Under the pieces are notes generated by a model that searched no databases, was not told the origin of the DNA, and saw only the letters and a program-made list of their open reading frames with translations. From assembly GCA_025360345.1 (NCBI GenBank), contig JANYCJ010000137.1:768-64767 (forward strand): DNA of 64,000 bases. Reading direction: 5' to 3'. Shown here piece by piece: positions 1 through 9,553 of the stretch. A program made the translations under genes and the position numbers. The number at the start of each line of letters is the position of its first letter. Within the stretch, counting starts at the first letter, position 1. Source of the DNA: Alphaproteobacteria bacterium. Lineage in GTDB: Bacteria > Pseudomonadota > Alphaproteobacteria > Rickettsiales > SXRF01.

Positions 1-3000
1 AGCGTGAGGGTGGACGTGCGGCCTTGCCAGCTGTTTCCGCGCCCGGAGAAGCCCGACTGCTCCAGCGTATGCTTCATAGCGGCATCGGCGGTGGTGGAGA
101 ATATGGGGCCGGGATATTCCTCAGCGAGAGCATTTACGATTTTTTCGGACAGGGAGTGGCCGCGATGGGCGGGAGCTACAGCGATATAGCCGAGTTCGGC
201 GACATCGGCGGGGAAGGTAAAGCCACTGCGCTGCGCAATTTTTCCTTCATAGTCGGGGCGCGACCGCTTGATGGCGCCGATGCCGACCACTTCATTTCCC
301 TTATAGACCACGGCCACGCGCCGAGCCTTGAGCATTTCCTGCTCGACGCTGCGCATTTCTACGGTGGATTCAGCGGCGAGGAGCCGCAAAGCCTGCGGAA
401 GCGCGTCTACCACTGCGCCGGGCTCACAGACCCTTATGCTATACCCTTCCCCGATGTCGTTTGTTGCTGCCTGAACGGGTGCAGCGGCGGGCGCGGAAGC
501 CACCACATGCACGTAAGTATCTGCCACGAGGAATGTATCGGTTGCGCCCTGCATGGCCTCCAGTTGTTTGGGGGTAAAGGCGGAGCGCTCCGCGAAATAC
601 TGGTTGCGGGCGTTTTGCTTCCATGCGGGATGGACGGCGATATCCTGGCAGGTGCGGGCCAGAGCGGCCTGTGTTTCCTGCTTTTGCGCGGCGGCGGCCC
701 TTTGTTCGGCGCGCGCTGCGGACGCCATGCGCCGGGATGCCGCTTCGGCGATCATTGCATGAGCGGGCGCCTCTGCCGGCACGAAAATATAGCCAGAGGA
801 AATGACTGCGCCTGCATTTTTCAGCCTTCCCTGTTCGGGCTCCAGAAGCTCGGCACGGGGGATGCGATAGCCGTCGCTATTCCTGATCCATTTGGGATTG
901 CGCGCCGATTCGGCCAGCAACGCATTGGCGGCAACTCTGGCAAGGCCGCTCTCATTAATCATTGTGTCGAGGCGAGAGCCTTCGTTTACCACGAGGCGGC
1001 CATCTTCCTGCAGCATCACGTTATTGCCTTCTGCAAGCAGGGTATCGCGTATATCGTCTGGCAGGCTGGAGGCGCGGACATGCCAGCTATGGGTGCGCTG
1101 GTCGCGCTGCCAGTTCACTTCGCTGGCGGCGCGGGGCAGCATGGTATCAATATTACCGGCCAGAATGCGCTGGCGGTTCTGGACACTTTCAGACACCACG
1201 CGGTCCAGCGTGCTGTTTGGCTCGATGAAGGCGAAGGTGCTGGCAACGATCACGTCGCCGTTGACCCGCCGCATGGTCTGCACCTGTTGCGGCGTGAATT
1301 CTGTCAGGTTGCGGAAATAGCGGCCCTGAGCGTCGCGGTGCCAGTCGGGGAGGCCCGCCAGTTCCTGATAAACATCACTTAAGGTGGCGGGATTGATGCG
1401 CCCATCCTGGGCGGCCTGATCCTGCGCGGCGCGTTCTTCGCTGCGCCACTGGGCCATGGCCTCGCCCAGCGCCTGATGCAGGGTTGTGCCGGAGGTGACA
1501 AAGACATAGCTTGGCGTGCGCAGCAGCCCCGGATTTTCGATAACGCCCAGCGGTTGAAGGTTCAGGCTTCCGGCAGGAATATAATAATTGCCATCACGGT
1601 CACGGCTCCAGTCGCGGTGATTTTGCAGCTCGGCCAGAATACTGGCTTGGGAGGCCGTTCTTGCCTGCGGCTGTGGTTCGAGCGGGGCTTGCGGCACTGT
1701 GACCGGGCGGGGGGCGGGTGCATCGGCACCGATCATTTTTTCGGCGTGGTGCTGCAATTGTGTCGCTGCGCCGTTATATTGTATGGCCGCCCAGGATTCA
1801 TAGGACTCGCGGCGACTCAGGAAGCGCTCAAATTCCGTACGCAGCCACGGGGCGCTCAGGGATTTGGAGCGGATTTCCAGGTAGCCGGCGGTTTTTGCCG
1901 CATCCAGTATGAGGCAAGGTTGCTCGCCCGCGGCCAGATCAGCGCGCTTGCCGGGGGTGTAGTTCCCGCTAGGGTCAATGGCGCCGTGAAAGGTTGTGGT
2001 TTGGGTGCTTAGTGTTTCCAAAAGATAGGGGCCGAGTTCGCGCTTTACGAATTTTTCGCGCTCGGCTTCATCGCGGAAGCTCAGGACCATGTTGTTTTTT
2101 TGCTTATCCCCGGATATCCGAACGAATTTCAGGGCCAATTGCTGTTTCTGCGCGTGGAGGACGCGGTTGATGGTGTCCCATGAGGTGGTGGTGCGCAAGG
2201 CGGCGAGGGCGTATTCGTCTGGGGCTTCGCGGTTTACGGGCGAGACGAAGGCATCGTCGGGGTTGAGAAGCATCTGTCCGGCGAGGCGGTTAAACGTGCT
2301 GCGCCCGATCAGCCGCGGGAGGTCCTGCGCCAGAAGCAGGCGCTGGTTCAGGTAGGCGTGAACCGAGGCCTGCTCTATCTCGCCCTGCACCAGCCGGGTG
2401 CCGCCGCCAAGGGGAATGCTGCGCGGTGCCGGGCTGGCACTGCCCGTGGCGGGCGCCCAAAACGGCTGTCCGGGCGCGGGCTGGCTGAAGGGTGAGACAT
2501 AAGTGATGCCTTTGCTGCGTTCGGTGGCAAGCACGACGGAGGCGACATTGGCCATCATCACCAGATCGGGGTGCGCGTCCATGCCGCCATGGCGGACTTC
2601 GTAGCGTTTTGAGCCGTTTTCACCGACGATGCGGACGGCGTATTGCCCCTTTTCGGCCCTAGCTTCGAGCAATTTTGAAGCATAATCGCTGTGGGAGGCC
2701 CCGAAATTGCGGGTGAGGGCATTATCCGAGGGAAGGAAAAAGACCTGCGTTTCATCCAGCACCCGGATCAGACCCTGCTCTACATCGCGGGCAAATTCGT
2801 TGAGATTTCCATATTGGTCTACCAGCAGGTTTGCGCTGGCGGGCGGGGTTACGGTGACACGGCCATCGGCTATACTGGTATTGGCATTTATGTACTGGCT
2901 GATATCCTGATTATAGATACCCATATGCACATGAAAGCCGTTGCCATAGGCTGAGGGGGTAATTTTAGGCCGGAGATTGACAACCAGTCCCTGCTCCTGC

Positions 3001-3323
3001 GCCACCTGCTTAAAAATTTTCTTCAGCTTAACGGCCCATTCGCCGGCGACTACGGGGTCGGTGGTGCGCTGGGCCATTTCATACTGGCCGATGCCCGCGT
3101 CAGAGGTTTGCGAGACCAGCTTGATCCCCTGCTGCTCCGCCAGCTGCGCTACGCGGCGCTGGAAATTTTCAATGTCGGGGCCGGTGCGCTCGACCTTCTG
3201 GCCGTTTTTAAAGAGGTAATATTCCAGTTCGGGGCCGAAATAGAGATATACACCCTGCTCACGCAGCCAGGACACCATATGGCGGGTCACTGCCTGATTC
3301 TGACGTGTGGCTTCTTCGGACAT
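1..3323 (-). CDS. Large multidomain protein, 3' end cut by the window edge (at least 1107 codons). It has an N-terminal glutamine-synthetase-like catalytic (ATP-dependent amide ligase) domain, central degenerate W-x-R-D/N repeats and a C-terminal GNAT-like acetyltransferase domain.
   Basis: Absent from the ORF track because no stop codon lies inside the window. Hand translation from the ATG at 3323..3321 stays open down to position 3. The N-terminus (MSEEATRQNQ...YFGPELEYYLF...DAGIGQYEM...RPKITPSAYGNGFHVHMGIY...RYEVRHGGMDAHPDLVMMANVAS) follows the order of the glutamine synthetase catalytic motifs. The C-terminus (...AELGYIAVAPAHRGHSLSEKIVNAL...) resembles GNAT motif A. The plus-strand ORFs listed here (e.g. 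24..1382) have antisense-artefact composition. Confidence 0.75.
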   Translation of the reverse strand, partial: MSEEATRQNQAVTRHMVSWLREQGVYLYFGPELEYYLFKNGQKVERTGPDIENFQRRVAQLAEQQGIKLVSQTSDAGIGQYEMAQRTTDPVVAGEWAVKLKKIFKQVAQEQGLVVNLRPKITPSAYGNGFHVHMGIYNQDISQYINANTSIADGRVTVTPPASANLLVDQYGNLNEFARDVEQGLIRVLDETQVFFLPSDNALTRNFGASHSDYASKLLEARAEKGQYAVRIVGENGSKRYEVRHGGMDAHPDLVMMANVASVVLATERSKGITYVSPFSQPAPGQPFWAPATGSASPAPRSIPLGGGTRLVQGEIEQASVHAYLNQRLLLAQDLPRLIGRSTFNRLAGQMLLNPDDAFVSPVNREAPDEYALAALRTTTSWDTINRVLHAQKQQLALKFVRISGDKQKNNMVLSFRDEAEREKFVKRELGPYLLETLSTQTTTFHGAIDPSGNYTPGKRADLAAGEQPCLILDAAKTAGYLEIRSKSLSAPWLRTEFERFLSRRESYESWAAIQYNGAATQLQHHAEKMIGADAPAPRPVTVPQAPLEPQPQARTASQASILAELQNHRDWSRDRDGNYYIPAGSLNLQPLGVIENPGLLRTPSYVFVTSGTTLHQALGEAMAQWRSEERAAQDQAAQDGRINPATLSDVYQELAGLPDWHRDAQGRYFRNLTEFTPQQVQTMRRVNGDVIVASTFAFIEPNSTLDRVVSESVQNRQRILAGNIDTMLPRAASEVNWQRDQRTHSWHVRASSLPDDIRDTLLAEGNNVMLQEDGRLVVNEGSRLDTMINESGLARVAANALLAESARNPKWIRNSDGYRIPRAELLEPEQGRLKNAGAVISSGYIFVPAEAPAHAMIAEAASRRMASAARAEQRAAAAQKQETQAALARTCQDIAVHPAWKQNARNQYFAERSAFTPKQLEAMQGATDTFLVADTYVHVVASAPAAAPVQAATNDIGEGYSIRVCEPGAVVDALPQALRLLAAESTVEMRSVEQEMLKARRVAVVYKGNEVVGIGAIKRSRPDYEGKIAQRSGFTFPADVAELGYIAVAPAHRGHSLSEKIVNALAEEYPGPIFSTTADAAMKHTLEQSGFSGRGNSWQGRTSTLT

Positions 3324-3599
3324 GGCTGTTACATGGCTTTTGCACTCACTCAGGCCATTATATCTAAATAGAGCGCAGGCAATGTTAAGGTATTGTTAAC
3401 CTCGTTTTCATATTTAAGTCAGCACAGTCATTTTTCCATTTAATTATATCAACAACTTATCTACACGCTTGATTTCAGGCCTGCTCAGCGCAGTGGTTAT
3501 TATTACAGGTAGGGTTACTATTAGCCCGGTCAGCCCTTAGTGAAGGGGCGGGCCCGTATTGGCAACGGGACGTGTATATTCCCTTCTAAATATTGCCGC

Positions 3600-5084
3600 T
3601 TAGATGTGCGCGGAGGCCAGCACGGCGCGAAGGGGGGCCAATTCGGCGGCCACGGGCTGCCATGCGTTGAGCGAATCCGCGTAAAGAGGCCTGCGAACCT
3701 GGCTGGCGCTAGCGGTGGCCACGGTGCGGCGGGTGCGGTAGAATTTCATGCATTGCTCTTCCCATGGGAGCTGGCAATAGGACAGCAGGCCGCCGATGAC
3801 AGTTTCAGGATTTTCCACAAGGTTTTCATAGCTCACATCCAGGATGCGCCCGGGCAGCACATGGTGCCAGTGCCGCATGGTCTGCTGATAGCGGCGGTAA
3901 TAGCGGCCCAGGGTGACCTGATTATAGCAATAGGGCACGCTTCCTACAAAAAGCTGGCGGAACAAAGACCAGCAATTATCCATGGGGTCGCGCACACAGT
4001 GGATGATCGGGGCATGGGGAAAAAGGATGTGAATGAGGCCAATAAGGAAAAAATTGTTCGGCGTTTTATCAACGACGATGCGACGGCCATTGCTACAAAA
4101 CGAGCTGAGATGGTTCAGGTAATACCCGGCCATCTGGTGCACCGCGTCAGCGGTGAGGCCGCTTACCCCTTGGGGAAAAGGCTGCTGTATCATTTGCGGT
4201 ACAAGGGTTGATGCCACGGTGGACATGATATCTGCTTCACCCGCGCCGAACACGGAGGGGTGGGAAGCGAGGATTTGTTCAACCAGCGTTGTGCCGGAAC
4301 GCGGCATTCCCAGGATAAAGACGGGCGATATTTCATAACGCTGCGTGTTGAGCAGCTTGTCGAACAGGGCCCCGTCAAATACCCTCTCGATTTCGGACAG
4401 GGTGGCGAAATGGCGCTTTTCATCGTAATGGGAAAGGGTGAGCTGGAGGTCGTTGCCTTCTTCGAAATATCGGAAGGCCTTCGGGATCTCGCGCTGAAAT
4501 TCATATAATTTTGCCAGCGCGAAACAGGCGTAGACTCGGTCGGCTCCCTTGCAGGCTTCGGAGCTATAGATGGTATGGAGATGGTCTATGATGGTTTGAT
4601 CCGGGGATTCGATCAGCAGGTAATTGAAGATGAGCCGGACATTATATGGGTCGCTTAACAACGATTTCCTGTAATATTTGAGCGCCTCGGGGAATGCGCC
4701 CTCGACCATGCAGCAAATACCCAGCCCCTGAAGGCTCGCCGCGTTGCCGGGGGATTTTTTGAGGGCCAGCGTATAAGCTTTTCGGGCCAGATGAAACCGG
4801 CGCAACTCAAACAAGGTGTTGGCCAGGGAGTTAAGCAATAAGGGCTGGCCGGCATACTGGCGAATCAGACCTTCCAAAACAGCTACGGGGTTTTCCGCCA
4901 GGTTTCCGAGAATACAATTCTGTATCAACTCACGGGAAACCCGGCCTGCTGGGGCAACAGAAAAGGTAGCGGATGCGACGAACTGTGACAAAGTTTTATC
5001 AACCATACTGATAGCAGCCATGCATTCTTTACCGGAGGCTTCGCCACGCGATGCAAGATTTATTGTGCCATTCCAGTACGGCAT
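3600..5084 (-). CDS. TPR-repeat-containing sulfotransferase
   Basis: 494 aa. The N-terminal half is TPR-like (…ARKAYTLALKKSPGNAASLQGLGICCMVEGAFPEALKYYRKSL…). The C-terminal half has the PAPS 5'-phosphosulfate loop PRSGTTLVEQIL and an RDPMDNCWS 3'-phosphate-binding-like motif. Confidence 0.8.
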   Translation of the reverse strand: MPYWNGTINLASRGEASGKECMAAISMVDKTLSQFVASATFSVAPAGRVSRELIQNCILGNLAENPVAVLEGLIRQYAGQPLLLNSLANTLFELRRFHLARKAYTLALKKSPGNAASLQGLGICCMVEGAFPEALKYYRKSLLSDPYNVRLIFNYLLIESPDQTIIDHLHTIYSSEACKGADRVYACFALAKLYEFQREIPKAFRYFEEGNDLQLTLSHYDEKRHFATLSEIERVFDGALFDKLLNTQRYEISPVFILGMPRSGTTLVEQILASHPSVFGAGEADIMSTVASTLVPQMIQQPFPQGVSGLTADAVHQMAGYYLNHLSSFCSNGRRIVVDKTPNNFFLIGLIHILFPHAPIIHCVRDPMDNCWSLFRQLFVGSVPYCYNQVTLGRYYRRYQQTMRHWHHVLPGRILDVSYENLVENPETVIGGLLSYCQLPWEEQCMKFYRTRRTVATASASQVRRPLYADSLNAWQPVAAELAPLRAVLASAHI

Positions 5085-5304
5085 TGCGGAGATATTGTGA
5101 ATGACTTCACTAATTTATGAGCGAAATTTAATTCTATTCGCAGATGAATATCATTAAGAATACGGGAGTTTTTACTTTTCCCGCCTTTGGCTCAAGCGCC
5201 ATTGGTTTTAGCAGGCACCATAACCTGCGCACCCTTTCGCGGGCACACGGCTATATGCGCAGCGGCGAAAAACCGGAACGTACGAGTTTCTGCATCAGGG
5301 TGGG

Positions 5305-6042
5305 CTAATAAATCGGGATTACAGCGCTCCAGCGGCCATTGTTTCTGGCATCATCCAGCGGGCTTTCGATGTCGCACGGGGCAACCCAGTGTTTCAGGTC
5401 GTAGCGGAAGATCACGATGTCGCCAATATCCTGCGCGGCGCTGGTGTCGATAATGCTGCCATCGGGCGCCTCGAAGCCGGCGCCTCCTTCGCGGTAGTCG
5501 CGGCCTTGTTTAGAGAAACCGAGGATCAGCCCCAGTTTTTGCGGCTCCAGCAGGTGATGGTGGCTGGCGAACATGCCGCCCCCGGCGGGGTATTGGAAAA
5601 TCTGGGGGCGGAACTGCTTGCCACTGGCATGGGTACCGCTTAAGGGGAGCTGCTGGGCAGTGAGGCTGTTGTAAAACCCGGTGAGGGTATGAAACAGGCC
5701 GTGCACGCCCGGTTTTATGGGCGCGGGAATGTCTTCGGGCGCGTTGAACACATAGGCGTGGAAGTAATGCAGGGTTTTCTGGTAGGCGGAGACGCCTTTT
5801 TCTATGGAGTGGTAATTCTGGCGGGCGGTCTGGCCTTCGTAGCTGATTTTTACTTCGGGTATGAGCCGGTAATAGTCGAAGACCTGCTGGCGGAGCGTGT
5901 CGATCGCAGCGGGGTGGATGCCGCCTTTGATGCAATAGACCGTGCCGTTTTCCAGCACGTCCTGCCCGATGGTTTTATCCGCGCTGCCGAGGGTGAGGGT
6001 TTCGCCTATGCCGGTGGGGGTGGTTTGGATGATTTTAAGCAT
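5305..6042 (-). CDS. Uncharacterised protein, putative double-stranded beta-helix (cupin / Fe(II)-oxygenase-like) fold; paralog A
   Basis: 245 aa. A gapless hand alignment with the 6999..7736 product gives 126/245 identical positions. The conserved block is QYPxGGGMFAxHxHxLEP...KHWVxPCD, giving an H-x-H...H spacing like a metal-binding facial triad. The fold assignment is inferred. Confidence 0.55.
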   Translation of the reverse strand: MLKIIQTTPTGIGETLTLGSADKTIGQDVLENGTVYCIKGGIHPAAIDTLRQQVFDYYRLIPEVKISYEGQTARQNYHSIEKGVSAYQKTLHYFHAYVFNAPEDIPAPIKPGVHGLFHTLTGFYNSLTAQQLPLSGTHASGKQFRPQIFQYPAGGGMFASHHHLLEPQKLGLILGFSKQGRDYREGGAGFEAPDGSIIDTSAAQDIGDIVIFRYDLKHWVAPCDIESPLDDARNNGRWSAVIPIY

Positions 6043-6053
6043 GGGCGTTTCCT

Positions 6054-6998
6054 TCAGACCCTGACAAGGTATGTGGCCTGTTCAACTGCGCGCGCGCCAA
6101 ATTCTTCTTTCTGGCTGATGAGGCCTTCGTTCAGGAACTGGCCGCCGCGCTCGTTTGAGGTGCCGAAATCGAAATAGCGCTTCTGGGCATAAATGCGGTG
6201 GAGGAGTTCGTCAAAGACGGCGTCTAGCGCGCCACCAAGCCGGCCTTCGGGTGTGCTGGCGATGTATTGGACATGGGCCACTTGCGCGGATTCGAAGATA
6301 ATGCAGCCTGCGAGCATGTCGGCTTCCTGAAATGCGGCGAAGAGGCGGATATTTTGCGGAAAAGCGACGGCGAGGGACTGCATTTCCTGAAGGCTATGGG
6401 TGGGTTTGGTTGCGAATTTTTCATCCAGCAGGTTTTCAAGCATGGCGAAAAATGCGGGATAGTCCGTTGTTTCTTTTACGGCGATGCCTGATTTGGCGGC
6501 CTTTCGGATGCCGCGCTGCCTGCGCCCGGCAAGGCCGGGGGCATGTGCCGTGTCGATGACGGCGGTGACGCTGGAGGCGTGGAGCGTGGCGTTATGGCGA
6601 AACAGGGCGTAGCGGTCTTCCTCGGCAGGGATGTGGTGGTAGATATGGGGGATGCATTTGTAGTGCAGCTCGGCAATGCCGCTTGCGTGAAGATGTTCCA
6701 CCAGCTTGCTGAACAGGGTAAGCATGGTGGTGGTTTTCATAGCGCTATCGGTGAGCCAGCCGCCAAAGGTGAGTCCCTGATGGGTATGCAGTGTGGCGCC
6801 ATCGCGGTTTGCAGGGAGCAGGGCGACGGGCGTTTGCCCACAATAGGCGATGAGGGAATGGTCCTGGAAGCGGGAAGCGTGATACTCCATAAAGTCCCGA
6901 CAGAATAGGAACAAGCCGTTTTTTGAGGTGTTTACGAACTGGTCCCACATTGCTTTACCGGTAGGGGCGTAGGGTTTGAGGAGGATATCTTCGGTCAT
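6054..6998 (-). CDS. FemAB-like / two-lobed GNAT-fold acyl- or aminoacyl-transferase
   Basis: 314 aa. The pattern MWDQFVNTSKNGLFLFCRDFMEYHASRFQDHSL...HTHQGLTFGGWL recalls the GNAT/FemAB-like proteins found in sugar-modification clusters. The assignment is from memory of the family, not from a search. The gene abuts the next gene (stop of 6999..7736 directly follows). Confidence 0.5.
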   Translation of the reverse strand: MTEDILLKPYAPTGKAMWDQFVNTSKNGLFLFCRDFMEYHASRFQDHSLIAYCGQTPVALLPANRDGATLHTHQGLTFGGWLTDSAMKTTTMLTLFSKLVEHLHASGIAELHYKCIPHIYHHIPAEEDRYALFRHNATLHASSVTAVIDTAHAPGLAGRRQRGIRKAAKSGIAVKETTDYPAFFAMLENLLDEKFATKPTHSLQEMQSLAVAFPQNIRLFAAFQEADMLAGCIIFESAQVAHVQYIASTPEGRLGGALDAVFDELLHRIYAQKRYFDFGTSNERGGQFLNEGLISQKEEFGARAVEQATYLVRV

Positions 6999-7736
6999 TT
7001 AATATACCCCCATGATGGCAACCCAGCGGCCATCTTGCGCGGCGGGGTCGAGGGGATGTTTCAGGTCGCACGGGGTGACCCAGTGTTTCTGGTCTACGCG
7101 GAAGATGAGCAGGTCGCCGATGTCATGGGTTCCGGCGGTGTCAATGATGGTACCGTCAGGGGATTCGAAGCCGGCGGCGCCTTCGTTAAAATCGCGCCCG
7201 CGTTTGGACAGGCCGAGGATGAGGCTCATGCGGAAGGGTTCCAGCGGATGGGTGTGGGCGGCGAACATACCCCCTCCCCTCGGATATTGCACCACCTGCA
7301 GGTGGAAGCGCCTGCCATCGTGATGCGGCCCGATGAGGGGGCGGGATGACTGGGTAAGGCCATTATATATAGTGGTGAGATTGGTGAAGAGCCCTTTGAC
7401 ATCGCCGTGCAGGGATTGCGGGAGGGCATCGAGATCGTCGAAGACATAGGAATGGAAGTAATGCAGGCTTTTCTGGCCGAGGGAGACACCTTTTTCGATG
7501 CCGTGGTAATTGGCTTTCCAGTTTTCGCCGCCATAGTTTTTCACGGTGTGCGGCTGGGCGGCAAAATGGCGGAAGATGCGGGTGCGCAAGCTGTCAATTT
7601 CGGTGGGTGCGAAACAGTTTTTGGCGCAATAGACCGTGCCGTTTTGCATGATATCGGCGGCGATGGTGTTTATGTCCGCAGGCAAAGTAAGGGTTGCGGT
7701 GATGGGGATGGGCGTGTTGTGGAGGGTTTTGAGCAT
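6999..7736 (-). CDS. Uncharacterised protein, putative double-stranded beta-helix fold; paralog B
   Basis: 245 aa, colinear with the 5305..6042 product (126/245 identical by hand alignment). It has the same QYPRGGGMFAAHTHPLEP...KHWVTPCD motifs. Confidence 0.55.
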   Translation of the reverse strand: MLKTLHNTPIPITATLTLPADINTIAADIMQNGTVYCAKNCFAPTEIDSLRTRIFRHFAAQPHTVKNYGGENWKANYHGIEKGVSLGQKSLHYFHSYVFDDLDALPQSLHGDVKGLFTNLTTIYNGLTQSSRPLIGPHHDGRRFHLQVVQYPRGGGMFAAHTHPLEPFRMSLILGLSKRGRDFNEGAAGFESPDGTIIDTAGTHDIGDLLIFRVDQKHWVTPCDLKHPLDPAAQDGRWVAIMGVY

Positions 7737-7739
7737 GGG

Positions 7740-8654
7740 TTATGCGCTTTCGGCGTAGAGTATGCCGGTTCCGCCGTGGTCGTTGCCGTTGTAGAACAGG
7801 TAGGTTTTTCCTTGGGCAGTAAAGACGGCGCTGTAGCACATCATGTCTGAATCAGGGCCGGAGGGGGAGGGTTGCAGCTGCATGACTGCATCTTTGCGCT
7901 GCCAGCTTTTACCATCGGGGGATTCGGCGTAGCCGAGGCGGTATTTTTTGCTGTGGGTGCGGATGGAGTAATACATCTTATATATCCCATCCTCGCGGAT
8001 GACATAAGGCCTGCCGAAGCCGAACTCGTCGCCTTCCGGCTCGAAGCAGGGAGCGCCCGCGCCCGGCCAGTTCAGGCCATCGGCGGAGGTGAGGTATTTC
8101 ATGCTGTAATTGGGCAGCTGCTTACCGGGGCCGGGGTGCCAACTGCCGCCGGCAACATACCACATGTGCCAGGTATCCCCCTCGCGCAGGACATGGGCGG
8201 CGGTGCGGAAAAACGGCTCCCGGTCGTGCCGGTCGGTGATGGGGGTGCGCTGGTGGCGGGTAAAACTGTGGCCGCCATCGGTGCTGATGGCAAGGCCGCT
8301 CAGCATAGTGTAAGGGATTCTGGTGCCGAGCTGGAAACCGGCATAATAGAGGTAAAGCTCTTTTCCATTCTGCCAGAGGGAATGGGGCACGACACCATTG
8401 TCATCAAACATGCCGGGCTCGCCGATGTCGAGCACCGGGGTGGGGCTTACGGCGATGACCTCTTTAGGGTTTTCAGCGCGCACATCGACATAGCCGATGC
8501 GGCTTATGTTCTGGTCGGCGCGGAACGCGCAATAGATGCGGATCACATCCGGGTTTAACAGGTAGGGCGTGGGCAGGGCGGCATGGGAGCGGGCCCAGCC
8601 GGTGGCGCTGTTTGCGCAGTAGATGAGGCCTTTTTTGTTCCAGCGCATAGGCAT
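7740..8654 (-). CDS. Beta-propeller glycoside-hydrolase-like protein (GH32/43/130-type fold)
   Basis: 304 aa. It is rich in W/Y/G beta-strand repeats (…GMFDDNGVVPHSLWQNGKELYLYYAGFQ…, …GDTWHMWYVAGGSW…, …DGIYKMYYSIRT…, …GKTYLFYNGND…), as in five-bladed propellers. The gene abuts both neighbours, which suggests an operon. Confidence 0.45.
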   Translation of the reverse strand: MPMRWNKKGLIYCANSATGWARSHAALPTPYLLNPDVIRIYCAFRADQNISRIGYVDVRAENPKEVIAVSPTPVLDIGEPGMFDDNGVVPHSLWQNGKELYLYYAGFQLGTRIPYTMLSGLAISTDGGHSFTRHQRTPITDRHDREPFFRTAAHVLREGDTWHMWYVAGGSWHPGPGKQLPNYSMKYLTSADGLNWPGAGAPCFEPEGDEFGFGRPYVIREDGIYKMYYSIRTHSKKYRLGYAESPDGKSWQRKDAVMQLQPSPSGPDSDMMCYSAVFTAQGKTYLFYNGNDHGGTGILYAESA

Positions 8655-9383
8655 TTACTCAGGGACATCGAAATGGGCGCGGGCATCGGCGCGATAGGCG
8701 GTGACGGGGTTGCCGCGGTACATGGCATTTGCATCCAGCGAGCGGGTGACGGCGGTGGCGATGTTCAGGAACGCATCCCTGCCGATGGTCAGGCCATCGG
8801 CCACGGTACTATTGACGCCAAGGAAGCTGTTTTGCCCAATCTGGCAGGAACCGGAGATCACGACATGGGAGGAGATGAACACATTATCGGCGATGGCGGT
8901 GTGGTGGCCCACATGGTTGCCGCTCCACAGGATGACGTTTTCGCCTAATGATACGAAGGGCTGGAGCACGTTATTTTCGAAAATAAAACAATGCCTGCCC
9001 ATGGTCACATTCGGCCAGACGAAGGCGTGGCTGCTGACATAGCTTGCCAGGGTATAACCCTGCGCGTGCGCCTTGTGCATGAGGCGGGTGCGCAGGCGGT
9101 TCAGCTGGTTGAACACGATGGCCACATACACCTCATGGGACTCGGTCGGGAAATGCAGATGCGCGTCTTCCACCGGCACTACTGGCAAACCGAAAAGCGA
9201 TGTTCTGGTCAGGTAGTCCCGCTCAACGGCAAAGCCGGAGACTTCGTATGCTGAATCGCGGGTAAAGCACTCATAGGCCACTTCTGCGAAGAGGCGGTCG
9301 CCATAGATGACAAGTTTTTTTGTTTTCGCCTGGCTGGGCAGCTGCATCCGGTCTTTTCCCGAGGTGGTTGGCGGGGCCTGCAA
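8655..9383 (-). CDS. Hexapeptide-repeat (left-handed beta-helix) sugar acyltransferase, NeuD/PglD-like
   Basis: 242 aa. The N-terminal segment is Rossmann-like (KLVIYGDRLFAEVAYE). The C-terminus has imperfect hexapeptide repeats (GENVILWSGNHVGHHTAIADNVFISSHVVISGSCQIGQNSFLGVNSTVADGLTIGRDAF). Confidence 0.8.
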   Translation of the reverse strand: MQAPPTTSGKDRMQLPSQAKTKKLVIYGDRLFAEVAYECFTRDSAYEVSGFAVERDYLTRTSLFGLPVVPVEDAHLHFPTESHEVYVAIVFNQLNRLRTRLMHKAHAQGYTLASYVSSHAFVWPNVTMGRHCFIFENNVLQPFVSLGENVILWSGNHVGHHTAIADNVFISSHVVISGSCQIGQNSFLGVNSTVADGLTIGRDAFLNIATAVTRSLDANAMYRGNPVTAYRADARAHFDVPE

Positions 9384-9553
9384 CCATGGATATCGCCAGA
9401 TTATCAGCCCCTTATCAATAGTGACAAAGACGGGGCCGCGAATCCAGCGTAAAATGGAGCGAAATGGGGCGGGACATAAAATTCATATCTTATTAATACA
9501 TTAAATTATATAAATATAAGCAGATTTCTTGCTCTTTCAGGAAGGCCCGCCGC

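Noticed and set aside
24-1382. 452-aa plus-strand ORF and several other plus-strand ORFs between 4 and 3371
   Set aside because: They are Gly/Ala/Arg-rich with no recognisable motifs. They lie antisense to a continuous 1107-codon minus-strand frame that has clear glutamine-synthetase-like and GNAT motifs. This is typical of shadow ORFs in GC-rich coding DNA.
3357-3362. TATAAT hexamer (minus strand) 34-39 nt upstream of the giant ORF start, as a -10 element
   Set aside because: No acceptable -35 element lies at 16-18 nt spacing (the nearest TTAACA is 20 nt away). An isolated match in AT-rich DNA is not enough to call a promoter.
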